Shown: in pieces, positions 48,798-57,171 of the stretch
Layout: the number at the start of each line of letters is the position of its first letter
Position numbering within the stretch: position 1 is the first letter of the stretch
From: Candidatus Eiseniibacteriota bacterium
Lineage (GTDB): Bacteria; Eisenbacteria; RBG-16-71-46
Assembly (NCBI GenBank): GCA_044223005.1
Contig: JBGAML010000001.1
Coordinates: forward strand, 64,001-128,000
Length of the DNA stretch: 64,000 bases
Reading direction: 5' to 3'
Program-made: the position numbers and the translations under genes
Notes under the pieces: generated by a model
What the model was told of the DNA's origin: nothing
Seen by the model: the letters and a program-made list of their open reading frames with translations, nothing else
Databases searched by the model: none

Positions 48798-49487
48798 ATG
48801 ACACCCCCTCGCCCCGCCGGCGGCCTCGACCCCGAACGGGACGCCCGGCTCGTGGAGTCCTGCCTCGCGGGAGACGAGCGCGCGTGGAACCAGCTGGTCC
48901 GGCGGCACGAGCGGCTCGTGTACGCCGTCGCCCGCGCATGGCGGCTGGAGGAGGACGATCTCGCCGACGTCTTCCAGGAGGTCTTCGCGGCCCTGGTCCG
49001 CGGCCTGCCCCGGCTGCGTGACGGCCGCTCGCTCGTGCGCTGGCTCTCGAGCACGACCGATCGCGTCGCGCGCACGCGCGCGCTGCGGCGGCGGCGCGAG
49101 CTGGCGTTGCGGCAACAGGACGAAACGGTGCTCGAGCGCCTGCCCGGTGGCGACGAGCCCGTGGGCGCCGATCTCGAGCGGCTCGAGCACCAGGCTGCGG
49201 TGCGACTCGGCATGGACACGTTGCCGGATCGCTGCCGGCGGCTGCTGCACGCGCTCTACTACGAGGATCCCGCGCCCGCGTACGCCGATCTCGCACGGCG
49301 GCTGGGAGTTCCCGTGGGCTCGCTCGGTCCGACGCGGGCGCGCTGCATGGAGAAGCTGCGCGCAGCACTCGCGAGATGGGCCGGCGGCGGTATCACGGAG
49401 GCGGAAGGCGGCACCTCTACTGCCGCGAGCGGGACCGGCTCCGAACCCGGCGACGATCCCGCGCACGAGTCCACGGAGCACCCATGA
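48798..49487 (+). CDS. ECF sigma-70 factor
   Basis: Region 2 (GDERAWNQLVRRH..ADVFQEVF..WL) and region 4 (LPDRCRRLL..YADLARRLGVPVGSLGPTRARCMEKLR). Confidence 0.92.
   Translation: MTPPRPAGGLDPERDARLVESCLAGDERAWNQLVRRHERLVYAVARAWRLEEDDLADVFQEVFAALVRGLPRLRDGRSLVRWLSSTTDRVARTRALRRRRELALRQQDETVLERLPGGDEPVGADLERLEHQAAVRLGMDTLPDRCRRLLHALYYEDPAPAYADLARRLGVPVGSLGPTRARCMEKLRAALARWAGGGITEAEGGTSTAASGTGSEPGDDPAHESTEHP
49390..49418 (+). promoter_or_regulatory. Putative internal ECF-sigma promoter for anti-sigma/CHAT/S8 (GTATC-N18-ACCTCT)
   Basis: GTATC-acggaggcggaaggcggc-ACCTCT lies inside the low-complexity 3' tail of the sigma gene, 65 bp before ATG 49484. Confidence 0.62.
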
Positions 49488-50098
49488 GCCCATTCGCCCG
49501 ATCCCGCGATCGACACCTCGACCTGCGCACGGTCCTCGACTACCTGGACCAGCGCCTCGACGCCTCGTCCCGGCGTGCCGCCGACGACCATCTCGGCCGG
49601 CCGTGCGAGACGTGCCGGGAGCAGGTGCGAGAGGTCGGCGAACTCCTCGAAGCGATGCGCCGCGACCGCACCGAGGACGTGCCGGAGCGGCTGCACGCGC
49701 TCGCGGTCGCGGCGTTCGCGCCGCGGACCGCGCCGGCGCCGGCGAAGCGCCTCGCGGAGATCCTCGCCGAGCTCGTATTCGACTCGCTGCGCTCGCCGCT
49801 GCCCGCGACCGCACGGCGTTCGGTCGGCGAGGCCCGCCGCGTGCGCTTCCGTGCGGGCGACGCGACGCTCGATCTCGAGCTCGAGCCCGAGGGCGCGACG
49901 ACGCAGTCGCTGCGCGGCCGGCTCGAGGCCGAGGACGCCGCGCTCTGGACGCTCGAGTTCCGCGCCGGCACCGAGCGCGCGCGCGTCCACCCCGACGCCA
50001 CGGGCGCGTTCGTCGTCGACCGCCTGCCCCTGGGTGCGCTGGAAGCGCACCTCGAAGGTCCGCTCGGACGATTCCGGCTGCCGCCGCTCGAGCCCTGA
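49484..50098 (+). CDS. Putative soluble zinc-finger anti-sigma factor with a C-terminal beta-sandwich domain
   Basis: ATGA overlap with the sigma gene. H..(LDYL)..HLGRPCETC is ZAS-like. There is no TM segment. Confidence 0.72.
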   Translation: MSPFARSRDRHLDLRTVLDYLDQRLDASSRRAADDHLGRPCETCREQVREVGELLEAMRRDRTEDVPERLHALAVAAFAPRTAPAPAKRLAEILAELVFDSLRSPLPATARRSVGEARRVRFRAGDATLDLELEPEGATTQSLRGRLEAEDAALWTLEFRAGTERARVHPDATGAFVVDRLPLGALEAHLEGPLGRFRLPPLEP

Positions 50099-52890
50099 TG
50101 ACCGCCGCCGGCCTGCTCGAGCGCATCGAGTCGCTGCGCCGGTCGGAACCCGCCCGGGCGCTCGCCGAACTCGAAGCGGGATTCGGCGCCGCCACGCGCG
50201 CCGCCGATCCCGCCGAACGCGGCGCCCTGTGGCGCACACGCGCGCACGTGCTGCGGGCGCTGACGCGGACGCGGGAGGCCGCGACCTGCTATCGCCGCGC
50301 GGCCGCGTGGTACGGCCGGGCGCGCGATGCTCGCGAGCAGGGCCGCTGCGACATCGGGCTCGTCGACGCGCTCATGTACCTCGGCCGCTACGGCGAGGCG
50401 CGCCGCGCCGCGGCCCACGGCCGGCGGCTGCTCGCGCGCGCCGGCGACCGGCCGGCGCTCGCGCGGCTGCTCAACAACGAAGGCAATCTCTGGCACCGGC
50501 TCGACCTGCCCCAGCGCGCGCTCGAATGCTACCGCGACGCGGTGCGCGCACTGGAGAAGGCCGGTGACGCGCGCAGCGCGCGCATGATCGGCACCAACGT
50601 CGGCAACTGCCTCTCGCTGCTCGGCCGCTGCGACGAAGCGCGCGCGCACTACCGCGCCGCGCGTCGCGCGCACGCCGCCGCGGGCGCCGAATCCGAAGCG
50701 CTGAACGCGGCCTACAACCTCGCCTACCTCGACTTCCTCGAGCATCGCGACGAAGCGGCGCTCGCCGGGCTCGCGGGCGTGCGTGAGGACGCGCTGGCCC
50801 GCGGCATCCCGTCGCTCGCGGCACTGGCTCGGCTCGACCGCGCCGAGATCTTCCTGCGCATGGGCGCGCACGAGGAGGCGCTCGAAGAGGCTTCGGCGGC
50901 GATCGAGGCGTGCGCGGCGATCGGCCTGCGCTACGAAGAAGGCAAGGCGGAGCTGTTCCGCGCGCTCGCGCGCTTCCGGCTGGGCGCGCCGGCCGCCGCA
51001 CGGCGCGGGATCGAGCTCGCGCTCGAGCGCTTCGACGCGGAAGGCAACCGCGTCTGGACCGGCGAAGCGCTGCTCGGGCTCGCCACGGTGTGGTGGAAGG
51101 ACGGCAACCCGCTCGCGGCGGCGGCACTGCTCGCGGCGGCACGGCGGCGGTTCGCCGAAGCGGGCGATCGCGAACGCCTCGCGTGCGCCGCGATGCTCGA
51201 ATCGCGCGCGCGTCTCGCGTCCGGCGACGCGCGCGGTGCCGCGCGCTGCCTGCGGCTCGCGCCGGCGGACGGCGGCTCGTCGCGACTGCGTCACCTGCGG
51301 CTCGCGGCGAGCGCGGCGCTGGCCCGGCACGCGGGCGACGTCGCGCGCGCGCGCCGGCTGCTCGGGCGCGCGGCCGACACGGCCGAGCGTCTCGCGGCGC
51401 GCATCCTCGACGAACAGTGGCGCGCGTCGTTCTGGGGCGAGTGGGGCTGGCCGCACCGCGAGCGCGCGGCGCTCGAACTGGCCGAGGGCCGCTTCGAGGC
51501 CGCGTTCGACGCGCTGGAGGCCGGGCGCGGGCGCGCGCTCGTCGGCCGCGCCACGCGCCGCTCCGCACGCGGCGCCGCGCTGCCGGCGTCGGTGCGCCGC
51601 TGGGCGGCCACGCGCCAGGCGCGCGAGCGCGTGCGCCGGGCGGGCGAGACCGTGGCCGGCGCGGCGCCGGGAGCCGACGAGCGCGAACCGCGCGAAGCCC
51701 TGGAGACGCGGGCGCCGCGGGCGGTCCGCGCCGCGCAGCTCCGCCGCACGCTGCCTCCGCGCGCACTGCTGCTCGACTATCTCGTGCACGACGGCGTGCT
51801 GGGCGCGCTGGCGGTGGCGCGCGAGGGCCTCGACGGCCGCGCGGCGCTCGTCTCCGAGGCGCAGCTCTCGCAGATGGTGCACGCGCTGCTCTTCGCACTC
51901 CGCGGCGCGGCGTACGTTCCCACCGATCGCCGCAACGACGACCCCGGTCTCGATCGCGCGCTCGCCGAGCTCGCCGGCCTCGTGCTCTGGCCGCTGCTCG
52001 CCGGACGCGAACCCGGTGCGCTCGCGATCGCACCGGCCGGTCCCCTCGCGCGGGTCCCGTGGGCGGCGCTGCCGATGCCCGACGGACGCACGTTGTGCGA
52101 GACGTGCTCCACCGTCGTGGTGCCGGGCCTCCGGCTCGGCCTCGCGCAGCGCGCGCCCTCGCGACCCGCCGCACCGCACCCGCTCGTGATCGCCGCCGAC
52201 GCGGGCGAGCTCGCCGCGGTGGGCCCCGAGACCGACGCGGTGCTCGCGGCGTTCCCGGGCGCGCGCCTGCTCGCGGGCGCCGACGCGACCGCCGAGCGCT
52301 TCCGCGCGCTGGCGCCCGACGCGCCGTGGATCCATTTTGCCGGCCACGGCGGCTGGCGCGCCGACGCGCCGCACGAGTCGGGCCTGCGCCTGTACGATCG
52401 CTGGCTGCTGGCCGGCGAGCTCGCCGACCTCCGGCTGCGCGCGAACTGGGTCACGCTCTCGGCGTGCCACACGGCGCGCGCGCTGGTGCATCCGGGCGAA
52501 GAATGGTTCGGGCTCGCCCGGTCGTTCCTGCTCGCCGGGGCCGGCGCGGTCGTGGCGGCCCAGTGGGACGTGGAGGATGCGCCCACGAGCGAGCTGATGG
52601 CCGGGCTCTATCGCCGGCTCGCCGACGGCACGCCGCTCGCCGGCGCGCTGGCCGCAGCGCAAGCGGCCCGGCGCGCGGCTGGAGCGCACCCGCTCGACTG
52701 GGCGGGGTTCGTGGCCCTCGGTGGCCCGGCGCTCCTGGGCCGAAGTGGCCCCGACGCTGGGGGAAATGACGGCGCCGGCAGGCGTTTCGCTCGGAACCGC
52801 GCGGTCGTGAAGCGTCATCGCGAGGAGGAACGCTCATCGCGGGCGTTCGACAAAAAACGTGAGAAGGTCTTCGCCGATAGGCTAGACTGA
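50098..52890 (+). CDS. TPR-repeat CHAT-domain (caspase/HetF-like) cysteine protease
   Basis: TGATG coupling. Long N-terminal TPR array. Catalytic IHFAGHG and VTLSAC motifs, plus GLARSFLLAGA and WAGF. Confidence 0.92.
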   Translation: MTAAGLLERIESLRRSEPARALAELEAGFGAATRAADPAERGALWRTRAHVLRALTRTREAATCYRRAAAWYGRARDAREQGRCDIGLVDALMYLGRYGEARRAAAHGRRLLARAGDRPALARLLNNEGNLWHRLDLPQRALECYRDAVRALEKAGDARSARMIGTNVGNCLSLLGRCDEARAHYRAARRAHAAAGAESEALNAAYNLAYLDFLEHRDEAALAGLAGVREDALARGIPSLAALARLDRAEIFLRMGAHEEALEEASAAIEACAAIGLRYEEGKAELFRALARFRLGAPAAARRGIELALERFDAEGNRVWTGEALLGLATVWWKDGNPLAAAALLAAARRRFAEAGDRERLACAAMLESRARLASGDARGAARCLRLAPADGGSSRLRHLRLAASAALARHAGDVARARRLLGRAADTAERLAARILDEQWRASFWGEWGWPHRERAALELAEGRFEAAFDALEAGRGRALVGRATRRSARGAALPASVRRWAATRQARERVRRAGETVAGAAPGADEREPREALETRAPRAVRAAQLRRTLPPRALLLDYLVHDGVLGALAVAREGLDGRAALVSEAQLSQMVHALLFALRGAAYVPTDRRNDDPGLDRALAELAGLVLWPLLAGREPGALAIAPAGPLARVPWAALPMPDGRTLCETCSTVVVPGLRLGLAQRAPSRPAAPHPLVIAADAGELAAVGPETDAVLAAFPGARLLAGADATAERFRALAPDAPWIHFAGHGGWRADAPHESGLRLYDRWLLAGELADLRLRANWVTLSACHTARALVHPGEEWFGLARSFLLAGAGAVVAAQWDVEDAPTSELMAGLYRRLADGTPLAGALAAAQAARRAAGAHPLDWAGFVALGGPALLGRSGPDAGGNDGAGRRFARNRAVVKRHREEERSSRAFDKKREKVFADRLD

Positions 52891-52913
52891 ACGGCCTTCG
52901 GAGGAACTCGGCC

Positions 52914-54236
52914 ATGAGAGCCCGTCCCGCCCACATCTCGATATCGCTCCTCGCCCTGGCGGCCATCGCCTCGCTCGCGGTTTCGTGCGCGCGAGACCTC
53001 CCGACGGCGGCGCCCCGCAGCGTCGAAACGCGTGCGGGAGCCCGTCACCTGACCGGCCAGGACATCTCGCAGGAAATCGTCGTCACGCTGGCGCCGGGGG
53101 CCCACGCCGTCGACGTCGCTTCGACTTACGGCGCCGTGCTGCTGCTCGCGGACGACCAGCGCCGCGTCGCGGTCCTCCACGCGGGCCCCGCCGACGATGC
53201 GACCGATCTGCGCACCCGGCTCGCTTCCGACCCGCGGATCACGACGACCGAGTCGAACCGCTACCTGCAGCCGGCGGAATCGCGCCAGAAGAGTTTCGCG
53301 TTCGACGACGGTCTCGGCACGCCGCAGACGTACAACGCGCAGCCGGCCGCGGAATCCATGCACCTGGGTGCGGCGCACCTGACGAGCCTCGGCGACGGCG
53401 TCCGGGTCGCGATCCTCGACACGGGCATCGACGCCACGCACCCGTACCTCGCCGGCCGCGTGGTCGCCCAGCACGATTTCATCGATGACGACGCCGATGC
53501 GTCCGAGCACCCGCTCGGGCTCGACACCAACGGTGATGGCGAGATCGACGAAGCGTTCGGTCACGGCACGCACATTGCGGGCATCGTCGGCCTCACGGCT
53601 CCCGCGGCCCAGCTGGTCGTCGGCCGCGTGCTCGATTCGGACGGCATCGGCGACGTGGTCACGGTCGCCCAGGGCATCCGCTGGGCCGTCTCGCAGGGCG
53701 CGCAGGTCATCAACCTGAGCCTCGGGGCGCTCGAAGAGAGCGATGCGATCGAGGACGCGATCGAGGATGCGCAGCAGGCCGGCGTCGTCGTCGTGGCGGC
53801 GGTCGGCAACTGGGGTTCCGAAACGCCGCGCGAGTTCCCGGCCAGCATGCCGGGCGTGGCCGCGATCGCCGCGTGCGATGCCTACGGCGTCCCGGCCGAA
53901 TGGACGTCGTACGAGCCGTACGTGGCCCTGAGCGCGCCGGGCGTGGCGATCCGCAGCACCTACCCCGGCGGCGGCTACCGCCTCTGGAGCGGCACGTCGA
54001 TGTCGGTGCCCTTCGTCGCGGGCACGGCAGCGCTCCTGCGGCAGGTCCACCCCGACTGGTCGGCGTGGCAGGTCATGATCCGCATCCGCGGCTCCGTGGC
54101 GCCGCTCCAGTACGTGCCGGCCACTGCCGTCGGCAAGCTCGGTTCGGGCATGCTCGACGTGGGCGCCGCGCTGGCTCCGGACGCGGTCGCCAACGAGGAC
54201 GACGGCGGCGGCGACGTGACGCCCGTGCGCCACTGA
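52914..54236 (+). CDS. S8 subtilisin-like serine protease, lipoprotein
   Basis: GGAGG RBS and lipobox LAVS-C. Triad ILDTG / GHGTH / SGTSMS, oxyanion AVGN, and a Ca-binding-like loop DTNGDGEID. Confidence 0.93.
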   Translation: MRARPAHISISLLALAAIASLAVSCARDLPTAAPRSVETRAGARHLTGQDISQEIVVTLAPGAHAVDVASTYGAVLLLADDQRRVAVLHAGPADDATDLRTRLASDPRITTTESNRYLQPAESRQKSFAFDDGLGTPQTYNAQPAAESMHLGAAHLTSLGDGVRVAILDTGIDATHPYLAGRVVAQHDFIDDDADASEHPLGLDTNGDGEIDEAFGHGTHIAGIVGLTAPAAQLVVGRVLDSDGIGDVVTVAQGIRWAVSQGAQVINLSLGALEESDAIEDAIEDAQQAGVVVVAAVGNWGSETPREFPASMPGVAAIAACDAYGVPAEWTSYEPYVALSAPGVAIRSTYPGGGYRLWSGTSMSVPFVAGTAALLRQVHPDWSAWQVMIRIRGSVAPLQYVPATAVGKLGSGMLDVGAALAPDAVANEDDGGGDVTPVRH

Positions 54237-54250
54237 CGATCACGACGACC

Positions 54251-54290
54251 CGAACGGGCCCGCGGATCCTGCGATCCGCGGGCCCGTTCG
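54251..54290 (+). terminator. 18-bp perfect hairpin ending the sigma-CHAT-S8 operon
   Basis: cgaacgggcccgcggatc-ctgc-gatccgcgggcccgttcg. Confidence 0.75.
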
Positions 54291-54368
54291 CTTGGGTGCG
54301 ATCGGAGGCTCGCACTATGCTGCGGCCGCGCAACCCTCATCCCCACCACCCGCCCGGCGAGGAACGGC

Positions 54369-55319
54369 ATGAACACGAACCCGATCGCATCCCGTCAGCG
54401 CCGGCGCCGCCTCGCGGGCGCGGCTGCACTCCTGCTTGCGGTCGCGGCCGGCTGCTCGCGGCGCGAAGCGAGCGCCCCGGCGTCGGCGACGATGGCCATC
54501 GAAGCCCCCGCACCGTCGCGCGCCGCTGCGCCGTCGGGTGTCGCCGACGAGGCCGTCGCCGCTGGTGATCCGGGCGCCCCGGGCCCCGCGGCCGTCCGGC
54601 GGCAGCTCGTGCGCAACGCGTCTCTGGACCTCGTCGTCGCGGACGTGGATTCCGCCGCCGCGCGGATCGAGACCATCGCAGTCGCCGAAGGCGGCTGGCT
54701 CGCCGACGAGAACGGCCGGCGCGTCGACGGCTTCCCGAGCCGGTCGATGACGCTGCGCGTGCCCGCGGCCCGGCTCGATCCGTTCCTCGCCCGCGTGAAG
54801 GCGCTCGCGCAGCGGGTCGAGGGCCAGTCGATCACGACCGAGGACGTGACCGACCAGGCGGTGGACCTCGAGGCCCGCCTGCGCACGCTGCGCGCGACCG
54901 AGGAGGAGCTGCTCGGGCTCCTTCGCGAGACACGCGCGCGCGGCGGCAAGGCCGAGGACGTGATGGCGGTCTACCGCGAACTCACCGGCATCCGCACGCA
55001 GGTCGAACAGCTCGACGCCCAGCGGCGCACGCTCGCCGGCCAGGTCGCGATGTCCGCCGTGACGGTGTCGCTCACCGCGGACGCGGCGACGCGGCCGATC
55101 GCCGGCGCGCCATGGAGCCCGGGCCGCACGGTGCGCAACAGCCTCCGCACCCTGCTCGGCGGCCTGCGCGGCCTCGGGGACGCGGCCATCTTCGCGGTCG
55201 TCGTGCTGCTGCCGCTGGGGCTGCTGCTCGCGTTCGCGGCGTGGCTCGTGGCGCGCGTGCTGCGCGCGACGCTCGGCCGGCTGTTCCGCAAGCCCGGCGA
55301 CGCGGGTCCGCGGAGCTGA
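54369..55319 (+). CDS. DUF4349 domain lipoprotein
   Basis: Lipobox AAG-C, RQLVRNASL, LRVP, EDVTDQ..DLEARL coiled coil, and a C-terminal TM. Confidence 0.85.
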   Translation: MNTNPIASRQRRRRLAGAAALLLAVAAGCSRREASAPASATMAIEAPAPSRAAAPSGVADEAVAAGDPGAPGPAAVRRQLVRNASLDLVVADVDSAAARIETIAVAEGGWLADENGRRVDGFPSRSMTLRVPAARLDPFLARVKALAQRVEGQSITTEDVTDQAVDLEARLRTLRATEEELLGLLRETRARGGKAEDVMAVYRELTGIRTQVEQLDAQRRTLAGQVAMSAVTVSLTADAATRPIAGAPWSPGRTVRNSLRTLLGGLRGLGDAAIFAVVVLLPLGLLLAFAAWLVARVLRATLGRLFRKPGDAGPRS

Positions 55320-55337
55320 CCCTCGCCCGAAACGCCG

Positions 55338-55366
55338 GCGCGGCCCGGAGTTGTTCCGGGCCGCGC
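55338..55366. terminator. 12-bp inverted repeat between convergent genes
   Basis: gcgcggcccgga-gttgt-tccgggccgcgc. Confidence 0.6.
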
Positions 55367-55400
55367 GGCTCCGCGTGCGATCGGGGGCGTCGCCCGTCGG

Positions 55401-55979
55401 TCACCAACCGGCCTTCGCTTCGAGCGTGCCGTAGCGCGAGAAGTGGTAGAGCGGAGCCACCGTGTCCTTCGAGGTCACGTCCTGGTAGCCGCCCGTGATG
55501 TGCGTCCACGTGGCCAGGGTGGGATCCCAGTACGCGGGCAGCAGCGAGTCCGTCGTGTTGCAGCCGGTCGTCTTGGTGCGCAGCGTGAGCGGAACGCTGA
55601 AGCCGTTCAGGCTCGCCGGCGAGATCGTGAGATCGCACATCAGCTTGCTCTCGTCCGGCACCGACAGCGTGATCGTGCCGCTGCCGTACCACGCGCCCGG
55701 CGGGACCGTGAGCGTGAAGCGGCCCACGCAGATCGACCCGCCCTTCGCGCCGTCGATCGCCACCGACTTGGACTTGGACGACAGCGGCGGATCGGAGACC
55801 GAGACGGGCTGCGCGGCCGTCGTGCCGCCGGTGAGCGTATTCGTGTTGACCCGTCCGGCGGTACCGCCGGTATCGACCTTCTTCGCCTGCGCCAGCCCGG
55901 TGCCGAGCGACACCGCCATGACGAGCGTACAGACGGTCATGAGCATGCGGAGCGGGTGCGTACTCTTCTCTCGGTTCAT
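55401..55979 (-). CDS. Secreted protein with a ZU5/GAIN-like domain ending HFSRYGTLEAKAGW
   Basis: Signal peptide ..VMAVSLGTGLAQA. GG.I...TLTVPPGA...FSVPLTL...YWDP...W...LYHFSRYG. Paralogue of 31833..32489. The start could be 55946 instead. Confidence 0.78.
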   Translation of the reverse strand: MNREKSTHPLRMLMTVCTLVMAVSLGTGLAQAKKVDTGGTAGRVNTNTLTGGTTAAQPVSVSDPPLSSKSKSVAIDGAKGGSICVGRFTLTVPPGAWYGSGTITLSVPDESKLMCDLTISPASLNGFSVPLTLRTKTTGCNTTDSLLPAYWDPTLATWTHITGGYQDVTSKDTVAPLYHFSRYGTLEAKAGW

Positions 55980-56040
55980 GTCGCGGCTCTTTCGGGTGAA
56001 GAGGGGACTTCCGTTCGCATCATCCGAAGAGAAGGCAATC

Positions 56041-56054
56041 GCAGGACCCGTGCC
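56041..56054 (-). promoter_or_regulatory. Putative sigma54 (-24/-12) promoter
   Basis: Minus strand GGCACGGGTCCTGC, about 60 bp upstream of ATG 55979. Confidence 0.58.
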
Positions 56055-56309
56055 GTGGGGAAATCCACCCCGGGCTCCGCGCGATCCCACCCGGCGCGCG
56101 CGAAATGCCCGTGGATCGCGGGGTTCGCGCGTGCGTCCGCGCGCGGGCGCGGGGTGCGATCCCCCGGACGGCGGGCCGCGGCGTCGCCGAATTGCGGCTC
56201 ACCCGCTCGCCCGCTGCGGAGTGCGTTCCGCGGTCGCTCGCCGAGGGCGGCCAGAGAGCGCGAGGCCGCCGTCGCGGCAGAGCCACCCTTCAAGGTAGAG
56301 TGCGCGCCC

Positions 56310-57167
56310 ATGTCGGCGAACAGCGACTTCCGGATGCCGGACCTGCGATTCGTGCCCGTGGACGACGTCTTCCCGCACGAACGCCACGACAACCAGCGCA
56401 CCCAGCCCCTCGTCGCGAAGCTGCGCGAGTCGGGCGTGCTTCGCAATCCGCCGATCGTCACCCAGGTCGGCGACGGCCACCGGGTCGAGCCGCGCTACGT
56501 GGTGCTGGACGGCGCCAACCGCTCCACCGCTGCGAAGGCCGCCGGCTGGCCGCACGTGGTCGCGCAGGTGGTGCGCTACGAGACGCCGACCGTGCACCTG
56601 CACACGTGGTACCACGCGCTCACGGCCGAGGCGCGCGGCGCCCTCGAGACCGGGCTCGCGGCGCTGCCCGGGCTCGAATGCCGGCACGAGACGCCGCTGC
56701 ACGCCCGCGCCATGCTCGCGCGCCGCGAGGCGCTCGCGGTCGCGATGCTGTCCGAAACCGAGGCGCTGGTGCTGCTCGGCGGCCGCAGCCTGCGCGATCG
56801 CAACGCGCTCCTCAACGCCGTCGTGCACGTCTACCAGGATCGCGTACCCTACATTCGCGTCGCCACGGACTCGCTCGCGCAGGCGCGCTTCGAGCATCCC
56901 GAGATCTCGGCGCTCGTCGTGTTTCCGCGCTACGATCCCGCCGAGGTGATCGAGCTCGCGGGATCGGGCGAGCACCTGCCCGCCGGCATCACGCGGCACG
57001 TGATCCAGTGGCGCGCGCTGCGGCTCGACGTCCCCGTGGCCCTCTGCGAGGACCGGACGCGCACGCTGGACGAGAAGAACGCATGGCTGCGAACATGGCT
57101 CGAGCAGCGGCTCACGCAGCGCCGGGTGCGCTTCTACGAGGAATCCACCGTCATGTTCGACGAGTGA
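56310..57167 (+). CDS. SbnI/SerK-like free L-serine kinase (ParB/Srx fold)
   Basis: VPVDDVFPHE, LRNPPIV, YVVLDGANR, TWYH, LPAGITRH, R.L.L.VP and VRFYEE follow my recollection of the SbnI motif order over the full length. Confidence 0.72.
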   Translation: MSANSDFRMPDLRFVPVDDVFPHERHDNQRTQPLVAKLRESGVLRNPPIVTQVGDGHRVEPRYVVLDGANRSTAAKAAGWPHVVAQVVRYETPTVHLHTWYHALTAEARGALETGLAALPGLECRHETPLHARAMLARREALAVAMLSETEALVLLGGRSLRDRNALLNAVVHVYQDRVPYIRVATDSLAQARFEHPEISALVVFPRYDPAEVIELAGSGEHLPAGITRHVIQWRALRLDVPVALCEDRTRTLDEKNAWLRTWLEQRLTQRRVRFYEESTVMFDE

Positions 57168-57171
57168 CCCG

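Noticed and set aside
56310..57167. ParB partition protein suggesting a plasmid or origin
   Set aside because: There is no HTH domain, parA or parS. The C-terminal half matches the SbnI/SerK pattern instead.
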